DNA of 64,000 nucleotides, taken from Candidatus Moraniibacteriota bacterium. Lineage in GTDB: Bacteria > Patescibacteriota > Minisyncoccia > Moranbacterales > GWC2-37-73. The DNA is taken from NCBI GenBank assembly GCA_013336225.1, contig JAAXUC010000001.1:99949-163948 (forward strand). The letters are read 5' to 3'. A program made the position numbers and the translations under genes. The notes beneath the pieces are model-generated. The model had not been told where the DNA came from and made no database searches. It saw only the letters and a program-made list of their open reading frames with translations. Positions 1 through 9,681 of the stretch are shown piece after piece (the first letter of the stretch is position 1; each line of letters begins with the position of its first letter).

Positions 1-3
1 CTG

Positions 4-2073
4 GTGTTTTGTTGGATGTATTATTCGGTAACTCCGGCCGCAAGTCAGCTGGCCACGCGTAAAATTGATCAAACTTCAATCATCTATGACCGAAGCGGGC
101 AGCATGTTTTGTATGAACTGCACGGAGAGGAAAATCGCAAGATTGTTGCTCATGATGAAATTCCTGAAATGATGCGCAATGCCACCATTGCAACGGAAGA
201 TGCCAATTTCTATTATCATCCCGGAGTGGATCCCTTGGCAATCGCCAGGGCACTAAAAGTTAATTTTCAAAACAATGGCATTCGTCAGGGCGGTTCGACC
301 ATCACTCAGCAACTTGCTCGCAGCGCTTTTCTCACCAAGGATCGCACGCTCAAGCGCAAAGTGCTCGAAGCTGTCTTTGCTTTCAAGATAGAAAGGCATT
401 ATTCTAAGCAAGAAATTTTGGATCAATATTTGAATGAGGTTCCCTATGGGGCAAACACCTATGGCGTGGAAACAGCCACTCAGACATATTTTGGAAAGTC
501 TGCTGAAGATTTAACCTTGGATGAAGCAGCTTTTCTGGCAGCACTTCCCAAGGCTCCGTCGTATTATTCTCCTTATAACACGCATCATGATGCCATTACT
601 GCTCGTCAAAAAGCAATTCTTGGGCGCATGGGCGAGCTTAAATTTGCCAGTAAGGATGAAGTGCGAAACGCTTTGGCAGTGGACACGTTGTCAAAAATAA
701 AACCAAACACTCAGGCCATTATTGCTCCACATTTTGTTTTCTATGTGCTTGAGCAACTTGAAGCAAAATATGGCAAAGAATTTTTGCAGACAGGTGGTCT
801 TAAAATTCATACCACTTTGGATTATGCTATGCAAAAAATCGGCGAAGAGGCGGTGACTGTCGGTGCTCAAAAAAATATTGCGCGCGGAGCAACTAATGCA
901 GCCTTGGTGGCAGTTGACCCCAAGACGGGAGAAATTTTAACCATGGTTGGAAGCAAAGATTATTTCGATCCAACTATTGATGGTCAAGTTAACATTGCAA
1001 CATCTCAACGTCAGCCAGGTTCATCTTTTAAGCCTTTTGCCTATGCGCATGCCTTTGAGCTTGGCTATCAGCCGGAGACGATGATTTTGGATGCCCAGAC
1101 AAATTTTGGTCCCGATGGATCTGGCAGAAGCTATATTCCTAGAAATTATGATGGTAAATTTCATGGTTTGCTTCCAATGCGCTCAACCTTGGCAATGTCA
1201 CTCAATGTGCCAGCCGTGAAAGTTCTGTATTTGGCCAGCATTGATGGCACCTTGGACTTGGCTCATCGCATGGGAATTACCACGCTCAATGATCGAAAGC
1301 GTTATGGCTTGTCTTTGGTTTTGGGTGGCGGCGAAGTGAAATTGCTTGATATGGCTAGTGCCTTTTCGGTTTTTGCAACTGAAGGGTTGCGCAATCCGCT
1401 GGTTTCAGTGCTTAGCTTAAGTGATCACAATGGAAAAATTTATCAGCAGGAACAATTGAGCCCACAAAGGATTATGGATGTGCAAGTTGCTCGCAAAATA
1501 AACTCCATTCTTTCTGATAATGTGGCACGTACTCCAATTTTTGGTGCAAGAAGTCCACTGATATTGGCAGATAGAGTAGTGGCAGCCAAAACTGGCACAA
1601 CTTCAGAATTCCGCGATGCTTGGACGGTGGGATACACGCCTTCATTGGCGGTTGGTGTTTGGGCAGGAAACAATAATAATTATCCCATGAAAGCAGGCGC
1701 CGATGGGGTGTTCGTGGCTGCTCCAATTTGGCATGACTATATGACAAAAGTTTTAACTGGCGAGCCAGTGGAAACATTCATAGCTTATGATACTTATCAA
1801 CAAAAAGATTCAAAAATGGCAGATGTAGGTCCTGCAGCAAACGTGAAAGTAAAAGTCACATATTATAATAATAAAACTGGAAAATTTATTTCCGAAGCAA
1901 AAGCGAGAAAAACAGATCCGAAAAAAATTGATAAAAAAATTGAATATATCCAGATTGATGCCGGAAATTCAAAAGCAATGGCCAATGGCAATGCGGTCAG
2001 TATGGCCTTGCCAAATTCCAATGACCCAATGTATCAAAATTGGATTAACGTGAATAAAGGTGCGCAGAACTGA
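4..2073 (+). CDS. Class A penicillin-binding protein (transglycosylase/transpeptidase, PBP1A family); probably 5'-truncated by the window edge
   Basis: GT51 motifs EDANFYYHPG and GGSTITQQL; transpeptidase motifs SSFK, SLN, KTGT. Confidence 0.93.
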   Translation: MFCWMYYSVTPAASQLATRKIDQTSIIYDRSGQHVLYELHGEENRKIVAHDEIPEMMRNATIATEDANFYYHPGVDPLAIARALKVNFQNNGIRQGGSTITQQLARSAFLTKDRTLKRKVLEAVFAFKIERHYSKQEILDQYLNEVPYGANTYGVETATQTYFGKSAEDLTLDEAAFLAALPKAPSYYSPYNTHHDAITARQKAILGRMGELKFASKDEVRNALAVDTLSKIKPNTQAIIAPHFVFYVLEQLEAKYGKEFLQTGGLKIHTTLDYAMQKIGEEAVTVGAQKNIARGATNAALVAVDPKTGEILTMVGSKDYFDPTIDGQVNIATSQRQPGSSFKPFAYAHAFELGYQPETMILDAQTNFGPDGSGRSYIPRNYDGKFHGLLPMRSTLAMSLNVPAVKVLYLASIDGTLDLAHRMGITTLNDRKRYGLSLVLGGGEVKLLDMASAFSVFATEGLRNPLVSVLSLSDHNGKIYQQEQLSPQRIMDVQVARKINSILSDNVARTPIFGARSPLILADRVVAAKTGTTSEFRDAWTVGYTPSLAVGVWAGNNNNYPMKAGADGVFVAAPIWHDYMTKVLTGEPVETFIAYDTYQQKDSKMADVGPAANVKVKVTYYNNKTGKFISEAKARKTDPKKIDKKIEYIQIDAGNSKAMANGNAVSMALPNSNDPMYQNWINVNKGAQN

Positions 2074-2087
2074 AAATTTTAAAAAAG

Positions 2088-2122
2088 AAAATCACCTGAG
2101 CGCGTTGCGCTAGGTGATTTTT
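2088..2122. terminator. Bidirectional intrinsic terminator
   Basis: aaaatcacct-gagcgc/gcgc-taggtgattttt hairpin between convergent genes. Confidence 0.7.
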
Positions 2123-2138
2123 AATTGGAATTGAGAGC

Positions 2139-2276
2139 TTATTTTTTTTGAGCATAAGCTGCTTCAACTCGTTTGTGATGCTCCTCGGTGTGCATTCCCT
2201 CGGGAATTGGGGCGAAATGTTTCAACAAGAAAACATCGATCTGGTCTTTTAAGCGGTGTCTCCAATGTTTGCGCAT
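2139..2276 (-). CDS. 45-aa orphan protein (MRKHWRHRLKDQIDVFLLKHF...AYAQKK), below the ORF-track cut-off
   Basis: Open frame ATG 2276 to TAA 2139, AAAGGAGG SD, TTGACA-17-TATCAT promoter (2366-2338). Confidence 0.65.
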   Translation of the reverse strand: MRKHWRHRLKDQIDVFLLKHFAPIPEGMHTEEHHKRVEAAYAQKK

Positions 2277-2395
2277 CTTTAGTTTCCTCCTTTGAATTGA
2301 TATTGCAAATATGCATTAAATTTAAACAACTCAGGAAATGATAGTATGGATATTCATAGTTGTCAAAATAAGGCTCTTTATGTTAGTGTCAAAGT

Positions 2396-3172
2396 ATGGA
2401 AATGAAAAAAATAGCGCTAATCTTAGCCATATGTGTCGCTTGCAGCGCAGGTATTTTTTTTGGTGTGCGCAAGCTTGGTCAATCCAAGAAGACAATCAGC
2501 GTGAGCGTGGCTGAATTAAGTCAACAGGCAAGTGGCGTTGATGAGCAGTCTCAGCAAGAGGATATAACAGGAGGGCAGGTAGTGAATAAGGATGTGAATG
2601 CAGAACAAATTGAAAATGTGCCAGCGACACAGGAAGCTGCAATTGAAAAAGAGCAGGAAGTTGTTCCTAAAGAGAAGCAAGTCACGCCTGAAAACAAAAC
2701 AAATTCAACTGGGAAAATTGTCAGCAAGCTTGTTTCCTGGGGATTTGCCAAATCTTCTAACAGAAAGATAGACACAATCATTGTTCATTCTTCATATAAT
2801 TCTCTTGGAGGTGATGAATACAGCCCGGACAAAATAATAGGCATTTATAAGCAATACGAAGTTTCTGCGCATTATCTGATTGGCAGAGATGGCACAGTAT
2901 ATCGCTTGGTTGAAGATGGGAACATTGCTTGGCATGCTGGTGTCAGTAAGGTTCCTGATGGACGCACCAACATCAATGATTTTTCAATTGGAATTGAAAT
3001 GATTAATACCATGGATGGAAAATATACAGAGCAGCAATATGATGCTCTCAATCAACTTATCAAAAGCTTGAAGAGTAAATATGAAATAAAATATATTCTG
3101 GGACACAGTGAAATTGCACCAGGACGAAAGACAGATCCATGGGGAATACAATGGAATAACGTTGATCGCTAG
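2396..3172 (+). CDS. Membrane-anchored N-acetylmuramoyl-L-alanine amidase (Amidase_2/AmpD-like)
   Basis: N-terminal TM segment; motifs IIVHS, SAHYLIGRDG, AWHAG, SIGIE, GHSEIAPGRKTDP. Confidence 0.9.
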   Translation: MEMKKIALILAICVACSAGIFFGVRKLGQSKKTISVSVAELSQQASGVDEQSQQEDITGGQVVNKDVNAEQIENVPATQEAAIEKEQEVVPKEKQVTPENKTNSTGKIVSKLVSWGFAKSSNRKIDTIIVHSSYNSLGGDEYSPDKIIGIYKQYEVSAHYLIGRDGTVYRLVEDGNIAWHAGVSKVPDGRTNINDFSIGIEMINTMDGKYTEQQYDALNQLIKSLKSKYEIKYILGHSEIAPGRKTDPWGIQWNNVDR

Positions 3173-3226
3173 TATCCTTTAATGTTTGCGGTGTTTTATT
3201 GATTTTTGATTTAAATTTAGCGTCCA

Positions 3227-3334
3227 AATTTTTAATTTAGAATTTTTAATTTTTAATCAAATCAAAATGTTCTAATGATTAAATTTTGAAACATTGAAAA
3301 TTGAATCGAAATTCGAAATTCATAATTCGAAATT
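3227..3334. repeat. AT-rich inverted heptamer element (AATTTT.../...AAAATT), copy 1
   Basis: Degenerate aatttt/aaattc heptamers in inverted arrangement; similar to 35178-35293 and 60451-60557. Confidence 0.75.
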
Positions 3335-3353
3335 AAAATCTGAATTCAAAAAT

Positions 3354-3629
3354 ATGAAATTAATAATTTCTCTCGATGGTAATGACATAAAACTCACCAT
3401 AAAAGATGGTCGCAAGATTGTTGGCGAATTGGCCTGGACAGATGAATACACTTTGAGCGAAAAACTGTTGCCAAACATTGATGCTTTGCTCAAAAAAAGC
3501 AAAGTTTCCAAAAAGGATGTTGAAAAAGCAACTGCCAAAATCACTAAAACTTCTGGCGTGACCTCTGCCAGAATTGTGCAGACAGTGGTGAAAGCGTGGA
3601 ACGAGGCGCAAAAACTGGACAAGCGCTGA
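3354..3629 (+). CDS. Short TsaB/YeaZ-like protein (N-terminal domain only); start moved from 3294 to ATG 3354
   Basis: SEKLLPNIDALL...SGVTSARI resembles the TsaB SExLLPxI...GSFTGLRI region; the upstream extension is repeat-derived. Confidence 0.6.
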   Translation: MKLIISLDGNDIKLTIKDGRKIVGELAWTDEYTLSEKLLPNIDALLKKSKVSKKDVEKATAKITKTSGVTSARIVQTVVKAWNEAQKLDKR

Positions 3630-3693
3630 AATTTGTGCTATACTTATAGAGTAATAAAAGGACGGGTGTAATAGCCGCGTCCTTTTTCTTTTT
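3616..3693 (+). promoter_or_regulatory. Sigma70 promoter followed by bulged-G hairpin and U-tract (motif copy A)
   Basis: TGGACA-17-TATACT (extended TG), then aaaaggacgggtgtaatagccgcgtcctttttcttttt. Confidence 0.65.
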
Positions 3694-3715
3694 ATATAAA
3701 TGTAAATCCATGTTT

Positions 3716-3835
3716 TTCTCCCCTCAGATGAGGGGAGATGTCTGAAAGACAGAGGGGTTTTAGCGGAGTTAGCCATTCTCTTCTCTGACCTCTCTGTCTT
3801 GAACACAAGACATCTCTCCTTAACAAAGGAGAGAA
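3716..3835. repeat. REP-like multi-hairpin palindromic element
   Basis: ctcccctcagatgaggggagatgtc...gacatctctccttaacaaaggagag; a related half element lies at 9611-9662. Confidence 0.7.
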
Positions 3836-3856
3836 TGATATTGAAGAAAACTTCTT

Positions 3857-4144
3857 ATGAAAAAGGAATCAAAAGGCACTGACTGGAAAGATCTTGTGCA
3901 TGGATTTGTGGGAAACATGTTGGCACAATTTGGCGACAATGTTTCCAAGCGCGTGCGTGAGTGGACAACAACTTTCAAGCGCCGGGCAATTGGTGGTGTG
4001 CTGTTGGTATTGGGGCTGACATATTTCTTAACAGGACTTTCTGATTATGTAAATAGTGTGATTGGAAAAAATTATCCAGGATTTGGATATGGAATAGTTG
4101 GAGCTGCGGTTATTTTCATTGGCTACTTACTTAGTAGGAAATAA
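3857..4144 (+). CDS. Small two-TM membrane protein (YqjE/holin-like)
   Basis: Two hydrophobic helices; adjacent to a YqjD/ElaB-like gene. Confidence 0.6.
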   Translation: MKKESKGTDWKDLVHGFVGNMLAQFGDNVSKRVREWTTTFKRRAIGGVLLVLGLTYFLTGLSDYVNSVIGKNYPGFGYGIVGAAVIFIGYLLSRK

Positions 4145-4176
4145 ATAATAAATTAATTAATTTTAAAAAAAACAAA

Positions 4177-4563
4177 ATGAACAAAAAACAAATCAAAAAG
4201 GTGGTTAACAAGAACATTAAAGTTGCACAAACAAAAGGTAAGGCAATTGTCAAAAAAAGTGTGAAAGTTGCGAATGCAAAAAGCTCTGAATTAAAAGCTA
4301 TGGCTAAAAGTGGTTATAAGCAATTGAAAAAAGACATGAACATCTCTCCTGTTGATGCCAAGAAATTGGAAGCCAAGGCAATCAAGGAATATGAAAAAAT
4401 CAAAAAACAAATGGAAGTGACTGCCAAAAAAGCCGAAACATATATGAAAAAGAATCCAGGGAAAGCTGCTTTGATTTCTGCTGGAATCGGCGCAGCCTTG
4501 GCTGGCGCAGCAGCACTTTTGCTTTCTGGCGGAGATAAGAAACCAGCCAAAAGAAAGAAATAA
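4177..4563 (+). CDS. DUF883/ElaB/YqjD-like tail-anchored protein
   Basis: Lys-rich helical body; C-terminal YMKKNPGKAALISAGIGAALAG resembles the YqjD NPxxAxxIAAGVG motif. Confidence 0.65.
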   Translation: MNKKQIKKVVNKNIKVAQTKGKAIVKKSVKVANAKSSELKAMAKSGYKQLKKDMNISPVDAKKLEAKAIKEYEKIKKQMEVTAKKAETYMKKNPGKAALISAGIGAALAGAAALLLSGGDKKPAKRKK

Positions 4564-4636
4564 AAAACATTTAAACATCTAAACATGCAAACATCTAAAC
4601 ATGTAAGCATGTAATAAAAAGCAAATTTAGAAATTT

Positions 4637-4671
4637 AAAAGCCTGCTCCGTTTTAACGGTGCAGGCTTTTG
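4637..4671. terminator. Bidirectional intrinsic terminator
   Basis: aaaagcctgc-tccgtt/aacggt-gcaggctttt. Confidence 0.75.
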
Positions 4672-4690
4672 TTGAATTCTTTGTCGTTTG

Positions 4691-4885
4691 TTAGTTGTTT
4701 TGTTTTGATAAGCATGGAAGGCAATATTCTTTGCAGCCAGGCGTGTTGTCAATTGTTGTTTGCGAACACCAGCTGTCGACTTTTGTATGACAGTCTTTGC
4801 ATTCAAAATCGAGATGTTTTTGAGTTTCTCTTTCTGGCCATGGATTTGAACTTGGACGATAAAAATCGTCATAATCATTTCCCAT
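4691..4885 (-). CDS. 64-aa Cys-rich putative metal-binding protein
   Basis: CxxC...CxxxCxxC pattern; AAAGGAGG SD; directly downstream of purN. Confidence 0.6.
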   Translation of the reverse strand: MGNDYDDFYRPSSNPWPERETQKHLDFECKDCHTKVDSWCSQTTIDNTPGCKEYCLPCLSKQNN

Positions 4886-4911
4886 TGCGAACCTCCTTTA
4901 TTTTTTGCTGG

Positions 4912-5691
4912 TCATTTTTTTTGGAGTATCTGAACAATTCGGCGCTCCTTATTGGGGCCGAGTTTGACTTTGAGACGGCGTTCAATGAAAAGTTGAATGC
5001 ATCTTGTGTAAAGAGCGTACTCTGCCTCGAGTCCACGGTTTTTGAAGGATTCAAAATTATCATTATCTTCACGTGTTAATGCTTTTTGCTTTATTATAGG
5101 TCCAGTATCTGTGCCATAATCAACAAAATGAACTGTAACACCATAAGTCGTGACGCCATAGTTCCAAGCATCTTTGTAGCCATCTGTTCCAGGGAAAGCT
5201 GGCAATAAAGCTGGATGAATGTTGAGTATTCTTGGTTTGAATGGATCTGGTTGAAAGCGATCAAGAAAATATGGAGTGAAAACTTTCATAAATCCAGCCA
5301 GGACAAGAAAATCAACTTTGAATTCTTTCAATTGATTAAGCAGCTTATATTCCGTTGCTGCACGAATGTATAGCATGGTGCGTTTTTTTTCGCAGTCTTT
5401 GAATCCAGTTTTCTGAATCATGTCCAGAAGATTGAAATCAGGAGGAATGTGAAGGCCAATACGTCCAGGACTTGTTCTGTGAAGATTTTGCAATTCATTG
5501 TAGGCAAGAACAAATGTTGGAATTCCAGCATTGTCTGCCCGCTTTAGTCCATAGGCATCGTGCTTATCACTGCCAACACAGACAACTTCACCATCTATTC
5601 CTCCCGCTCTGCATGACTCAATGATGTTTTGCAAATTCGTACCATTTCCTGAAATGAGCACCCCAAGACGTTTTTTTTGATTGATTTTCAT
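4912..5691 (-). CDS. purN: Phosphoribosylglycinamide formyltransferase with internal insertion
   Basis: ISGNGTNLQ, LAGFMK, NIHPALLPAFPG, TVHFVD..DTGPII motifs. Confidence 0.88.
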   Translation of the reverse strand: MKINQKKRLGVLISGNGTNLQNIIESCRAGGIDGEVVCVGSDKHDAYGLKRADNAGIPTFVLAYNELQNLHRTSPGRIGLHIPPDFNLLDMIQKTGFKDCEKKRTMLYIRAATEYKLLNQLKEFKVDFLVLAGFMKVFTPYFLDRFQPDPFKPRILNIHPALLPAFPGTDGYKDAWNYGVTTYGVTVHFVDYGTDTGPIIKQKALTREDNDNFESFKNRGLEAEYALYTRCIQLFIERRLKVKLGPNKERRIVQILQKK

Positions 5692-6127
5692 TGCATATTC
5701 CTCCTTTTTTGGGTTATTCTGCTGTAAAATAGCAAGTATTTCAATATTTGTAACTTCAGGCTAGCTGCAAGCGTCAGATTAGTCAATGTTCATGTATTTT
5801 GCATTTAGGCCTGAGAAGCTAAAAAGCTAAAGCCTAAGAAGCTGTTCTTGGCTCTCTTGACACTTTTATCAATCTGTGATAACGTTTTAGTATATTCTAG
5901 ATTTAGGAAAGAACTTCTATTTTTTGCATTGTTTTTGGGTGAAAACAGTGCACAAACTTTTTGTCAAATTAAAGCTCGGAAATGCTTTAAAATGGCGCTT
6001 TTTGTCGAAAGTAAAATGACAAAAACACAACTTTAATTAAATAGTCTTAACCAAAAACTCGCTACCGAGCTTTTCTATTCGTAATTAATTTTTACGATGT
6101 CGATAAGAACTGGCGAGAGTTGTTTCT

Positions 6128-9100
6128 ATGGTCAAAGAAAAGAAAGCCCTGAAGGTGAAGGAGACGTATGCCTCAACTTCCTCTCTGTCGAAGAGAAAGT
6201 TTTTCAAAAAACAATTGATGGTGTCATTGCCGAACCTTATTGAAGGTCAAATTGATGCATATCAATGGTTTTTGGATCGAGGATTGCGCGAACTGTTTGA
6301 TGAAATCAATCCAATCAGTGATTTTACTGGAAAAGACTTGGAGCTTTCCCTGACTGACTATTATCTTGACGAACCCAAGACAGACGAGCAAACAGCCAAG
6401 AACAAAAATGTTTCCTATGAAGCGCCTCTTCGAGCAAAGGCGCGCTTAACGATCAAAAAAACTGGTGAAATCAAGGAGCAAGAAATTTATCTGGGAGATT
6501 TTCCAGTGATGACACCTCGCGGAACATTCATCATTAATGGTGTTGAACGTGTGGTTGTTTCTCAGTTGATCCGATCTTCTGGAGTCTTCTTCACCATGGA
6601 ATATTCCAAAGGAAAGAAATTGTTTGGAGCAAAATTGATTCCAAATCGTGGAGCATGGCTTGAGATTGACACTGATTTGTCAGGAGTTTTGAATGTGCGC
6701 ATCGACCGAAAACGAAAAATCCCAGTGACCGCACTTTTGCGTGCCTTCGGAATGGAGAAAAACGAAGAAATTCTGAAAGCTTTTGATGGTTTTGACAATG
6801 GCGAAGTGAAATTCATCGACGAATCACTTGCAAAAGACATCACCAAAAGTCAGGCTGAAGGATATAAGGAAATTTACAAAAGAATTCGTCCAGGCGATTT
6901 GGCTACAGCAGAAAATGCCAAGCAATTGGTGAATGGGATGTTTTTCAACTTTGAAAAATATGATTTCGGCTCAGTTGGACGTTATCGTTTGAATCAACGT
7001 TTGAACATTGAACTTGAAGATAAGGAAGAAAACAGAATTTTGCTAGTTTCTGATTTGCTTTTGATCATCAATGAAATCATTCGTCTTAACAATGATCCAC
7101 ATGCAATTGCTGATGATATCGATCATCTTGGAAACAGACGAGTTAGGGGTGTTGGCGAATTGGTGCAAAACAAACTTCGCATCGGTATGGCTCGCATGGC
7201 TCGCAACATCAAAGATCGCATGAGTACTTGCGACCTTGAAACAGTTGTTCCAGGACAATTGATCAACTCTCGTCCAGTGGCTGCTGCAATCAAAGAATTT
7301 TTCTCAAGTTCACAACTTTCACAATTCATGGATCAAGTGAATCCGTTGGCTGAACTTGAACACAAAAGACGACTCTCAGCGATGGGACCAGGAGGACTTA
7401 CTCGCGAGCGAGCAGGCTTTGAAGTTCGAGATGTGCATCATTCACATTATGGACGTATTTGTCCGATTGAAACTCCTGAAGGTCCAAACATTGGTTTGGT
7501 GGGACATATGGCTTCATATGCTCGCATTAATGATTTTGGATTCTTGGAAACACCATATATCAAGCTGCACAAAGAAGTTCCCAACACTGTGGAAGCTTTG
7601 ACAAACCGAGTTTTGAACGAAGAGGTGGCTGGGGGAAAAATCGGTGAATATATTACTGTTGAATTGGCCAAGAAAATTGCCAAAACTTCAGCTAAAATCA
7701 TTCAAATCAAACCATACATTTCTGATGATATTGAATATGTTAACGCAACCGTTGAAGACAGATGCGTTATTACGCATGCTCGTGTGAACACTGATGAGCA
7801 CCGCAACATTGTGGATGCAACAGTGGAAGCTCGCGTGAAAGGACATCCTGAAATGATTGAAACTGAAAAACTTGATTATATCGATGTTAGTGCTAAGCAA
7901 TGTATCTCAGTTGCAACTTCACTTATTCCTTTCTTGGAGCATGATGATGCCAACCGAGCTTTGATGGGTTCAAACATGCAACGACAAGCTGTGCCTTGTA
8001 TCGTGCCGCAAGCTCCTTTTGTGGGAACTGGTATCGAAGACAAAGCCGCTGGAGATTCTGGACAAGTTGTGCTTGCAATGAACGATGGAGAAGTGGTTGA
8101 AGTTGATGGAGCGCACATTACAGTCAAAGAGCTGGCACCAATCGGAGCAAAGAAAGACAATTTCAAACGAGAATATCGCTTGCAAAGTTTCCAGAAATCA
8201 AATGCCTTCACTTCCATGAGTCAACTTCCACGAGTGGAAAAAGGACAAATGGTGAAGAAAGGTGATCTTTTAGCTGATGGAGCTGCAACCGAAAATGGAG
8301 AATTGGCACTTGGACAAAATCCATTGGTGGCCTTTATTCCATGGGACGGATATAACTTTGAAGATGCGATCATCCTTTCAGAAAGACTTTTGAAAGAAGA
8401 TTGGTATTCTTCTATTCATATTGAAGACTTTTCAATCGACGTGCGCGACACAAAGCTTGGGCCGGAGGTTGTGACTCGCGACATTCCAAACATTGGAGAA
8501 GAAAGACTTAAGAATCTTGATGAAACTGGAATCATCCGCATTGGAGCAGAAGTTTCTTCAGGAGACATTCTTTGTGGAAAAATCACACCGAAAGGTGAAG
8601 GAGATTTGACTCCAGAAGAAAGATTGCTCCGCGCAATCTTTGGTGAAAAATCTAAAGATGTGAAAGATTCATCATTGTATCTTCCACATGGAGAACATGG
8701 AAAAGTTGTGGACATCAAAATTCTTTCACGAGAACAAGGTGACAAACTTTCAACTGGTGTGATCAAGCAGATTCAAGTTTCAGTGGCGCAGCTTCGCAAA
8801 GTTTCCGTGGGAGACAAATTGGCTGGACGACATGGAAACAAAGGTGTGATCTCACGTATCGCTCCTGTTGAAGATATGCCATATCTTCCAGATGGAACTC
8901 CAATCGATGTGATCCTAAATCCATTGGGAGTTATCTCTCGTATGAATATTGGACAGATTTTGGAAACTCATCTTGGATGGGCAGCTATGAAACTTGGTTA
9001 TAAAGCAGCCACTCCAGCGTTGGATGGTATTACTGAAGAAGATATCAAAGGCGAACTTCGCGCAGCTGGACTTCCTGAAAGTGGAAAGATTCGTTTGATT

Positions 9101-9562
9101 GATGGAAAGACTGGAGAATCTTTTGATAACGAAACCACTGTGGGTGTTATGTACATCATGAAACTGAACCATTTGGTTGAAGACAAGTTGCACATGCGAT
9201 CCATAGGACCATACTCACTTATCACGCAGCAACCGCTCGGAGGTAAGGCGCAGTTCGGAGGACAACGTTTCGGAGAAATGGAAGTATGGGCGCTCGAAGG
9301 ATATGGAGCAGCCTACACCTTGCAAGAAATGCTCACAATTAAATCTGATGACGTGCTTGGAAGATCAAAAGCATATGAATCAATCATTAAGGGAGAAAAA
9401 ATCAAAAGTCCAAACATTCCTGCTTCATTCCATGTGCTTGTAAATGAGCTCAAAGGATTATGTCTTGATGTTGAACTGGTTGATTCTAAACTTAAAGAAG
9501 ATGATCATGATGATGAGATCGGTGGATATGACAAGCCGGAAGAAGACGTTGATCAAATTTAA
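6128..9562 (+). CDS. rpoB: RNA polymerase beta subunit
   Basis: GTFIINGVERV, HYGRICPIETPEGPN, GDKLAGRHGNKG, GGQRFGEME motifs. Confidence 0.99.
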   Translation: MVKEKKALKVKETYASTSSLSKRKFFKKQLMVSLPNLIEGQIDAYQWFLDRGLRELFDEINPISDFTGKDLELSLTDYYLDEPKTDEQTAKNKNVSYEAPLRAKARLTIKKTGEIKEQEIYLGDFPVMTPRGTFIINGVERVVVSQLIRSSGVFFTMEYSKGKKLFGAKLIPNRGAWLEIDTDLSGVLNVRIDRKRKIPVTALLRAFGMEKNEEILKAFDGFDNGEVKFIDESLAKDITKSQAEGYKEIYKRIRPGDLATAENAKQLVNGMFFNFEKYDFGSVGRYRLNQRLNIELEDKEENRILLVSDLLLIINEIIRLNNDPHAIADDIDHLGNRRVRGVGELVQNKLRIGMARMARNIKDRMSTCDLETVVPGQLINSRPVAAAIKEFFSSSQLSQFMDQVNPLAELEHKRRLSAMGPGGLTRERAGFEVRDVHHSHYGRICPIETPEGPNIGLVGHMASYARINDFGFLETPYIKLHKEVPNTVEALTNRVLNEEVAGGKIGEYITVELAKKIAKTSAKIIQIKPYISDDIEYVNATVEDRCVITHARVNTDEHRNIVDATVEARVKGHPEMIETEKLDYIDVSAKQCISVATSLIPFLEHDDANRALMGSNMQRQAVPCIVPQAPFVGTGIEDKAAGDSGQVVLAMNDGEVVEVDGAHITVKELAPIGAKKDNFKREYRLQSFQKSNAFTSMSQLPRVEKGQMVKKGDLLADGAATENGELALGQNPLVAFIPWDGYNFEDAIILSERLLKEDWYSSIHIEDFSIDVRDTKLGPEVVTRDIPNIGEERLKNLDETGIIRIGAEVSSGDILCGKITPKGEGDLTPEERLLRAIFGEKSKDVKDSSLYLPHGEHGKVVDIKILSREQGDKLSTGVIKQIQVSVAQLRKVSVGDKLAGRHGNKGVISRIAPVEDMPYLPDGTPIDVILNPLGVISRMNIGQILETHLGWAAMKLGYKAATPALDGITEEDIKGELRAAGLPESGKIRLIDGKTGESFDNETTVGVMYIMKLNHLVEDKLHMRSIGPYSLITQQPLGGKAQFGGQRFGEMEVWALEGYGAAYTLQEMLTIKSDDVLGRSKAYESIIKGEKIKSPNIPASFHVLVNELKGLCLDVELVDSKLKEDDHDDEIGGYDKPEEDVDQI

Positions 9563-9681
9563 TTAATCTTTTGTAATAAACTTAAAACTTCATACATCCG
9601 ACTGAGCTTAACCCTCACCTGTCACGAGTACGCGACATCCTCTCCCTTTTGGGGAGAGGAGGAAAAAGAAGAAAACATTAT

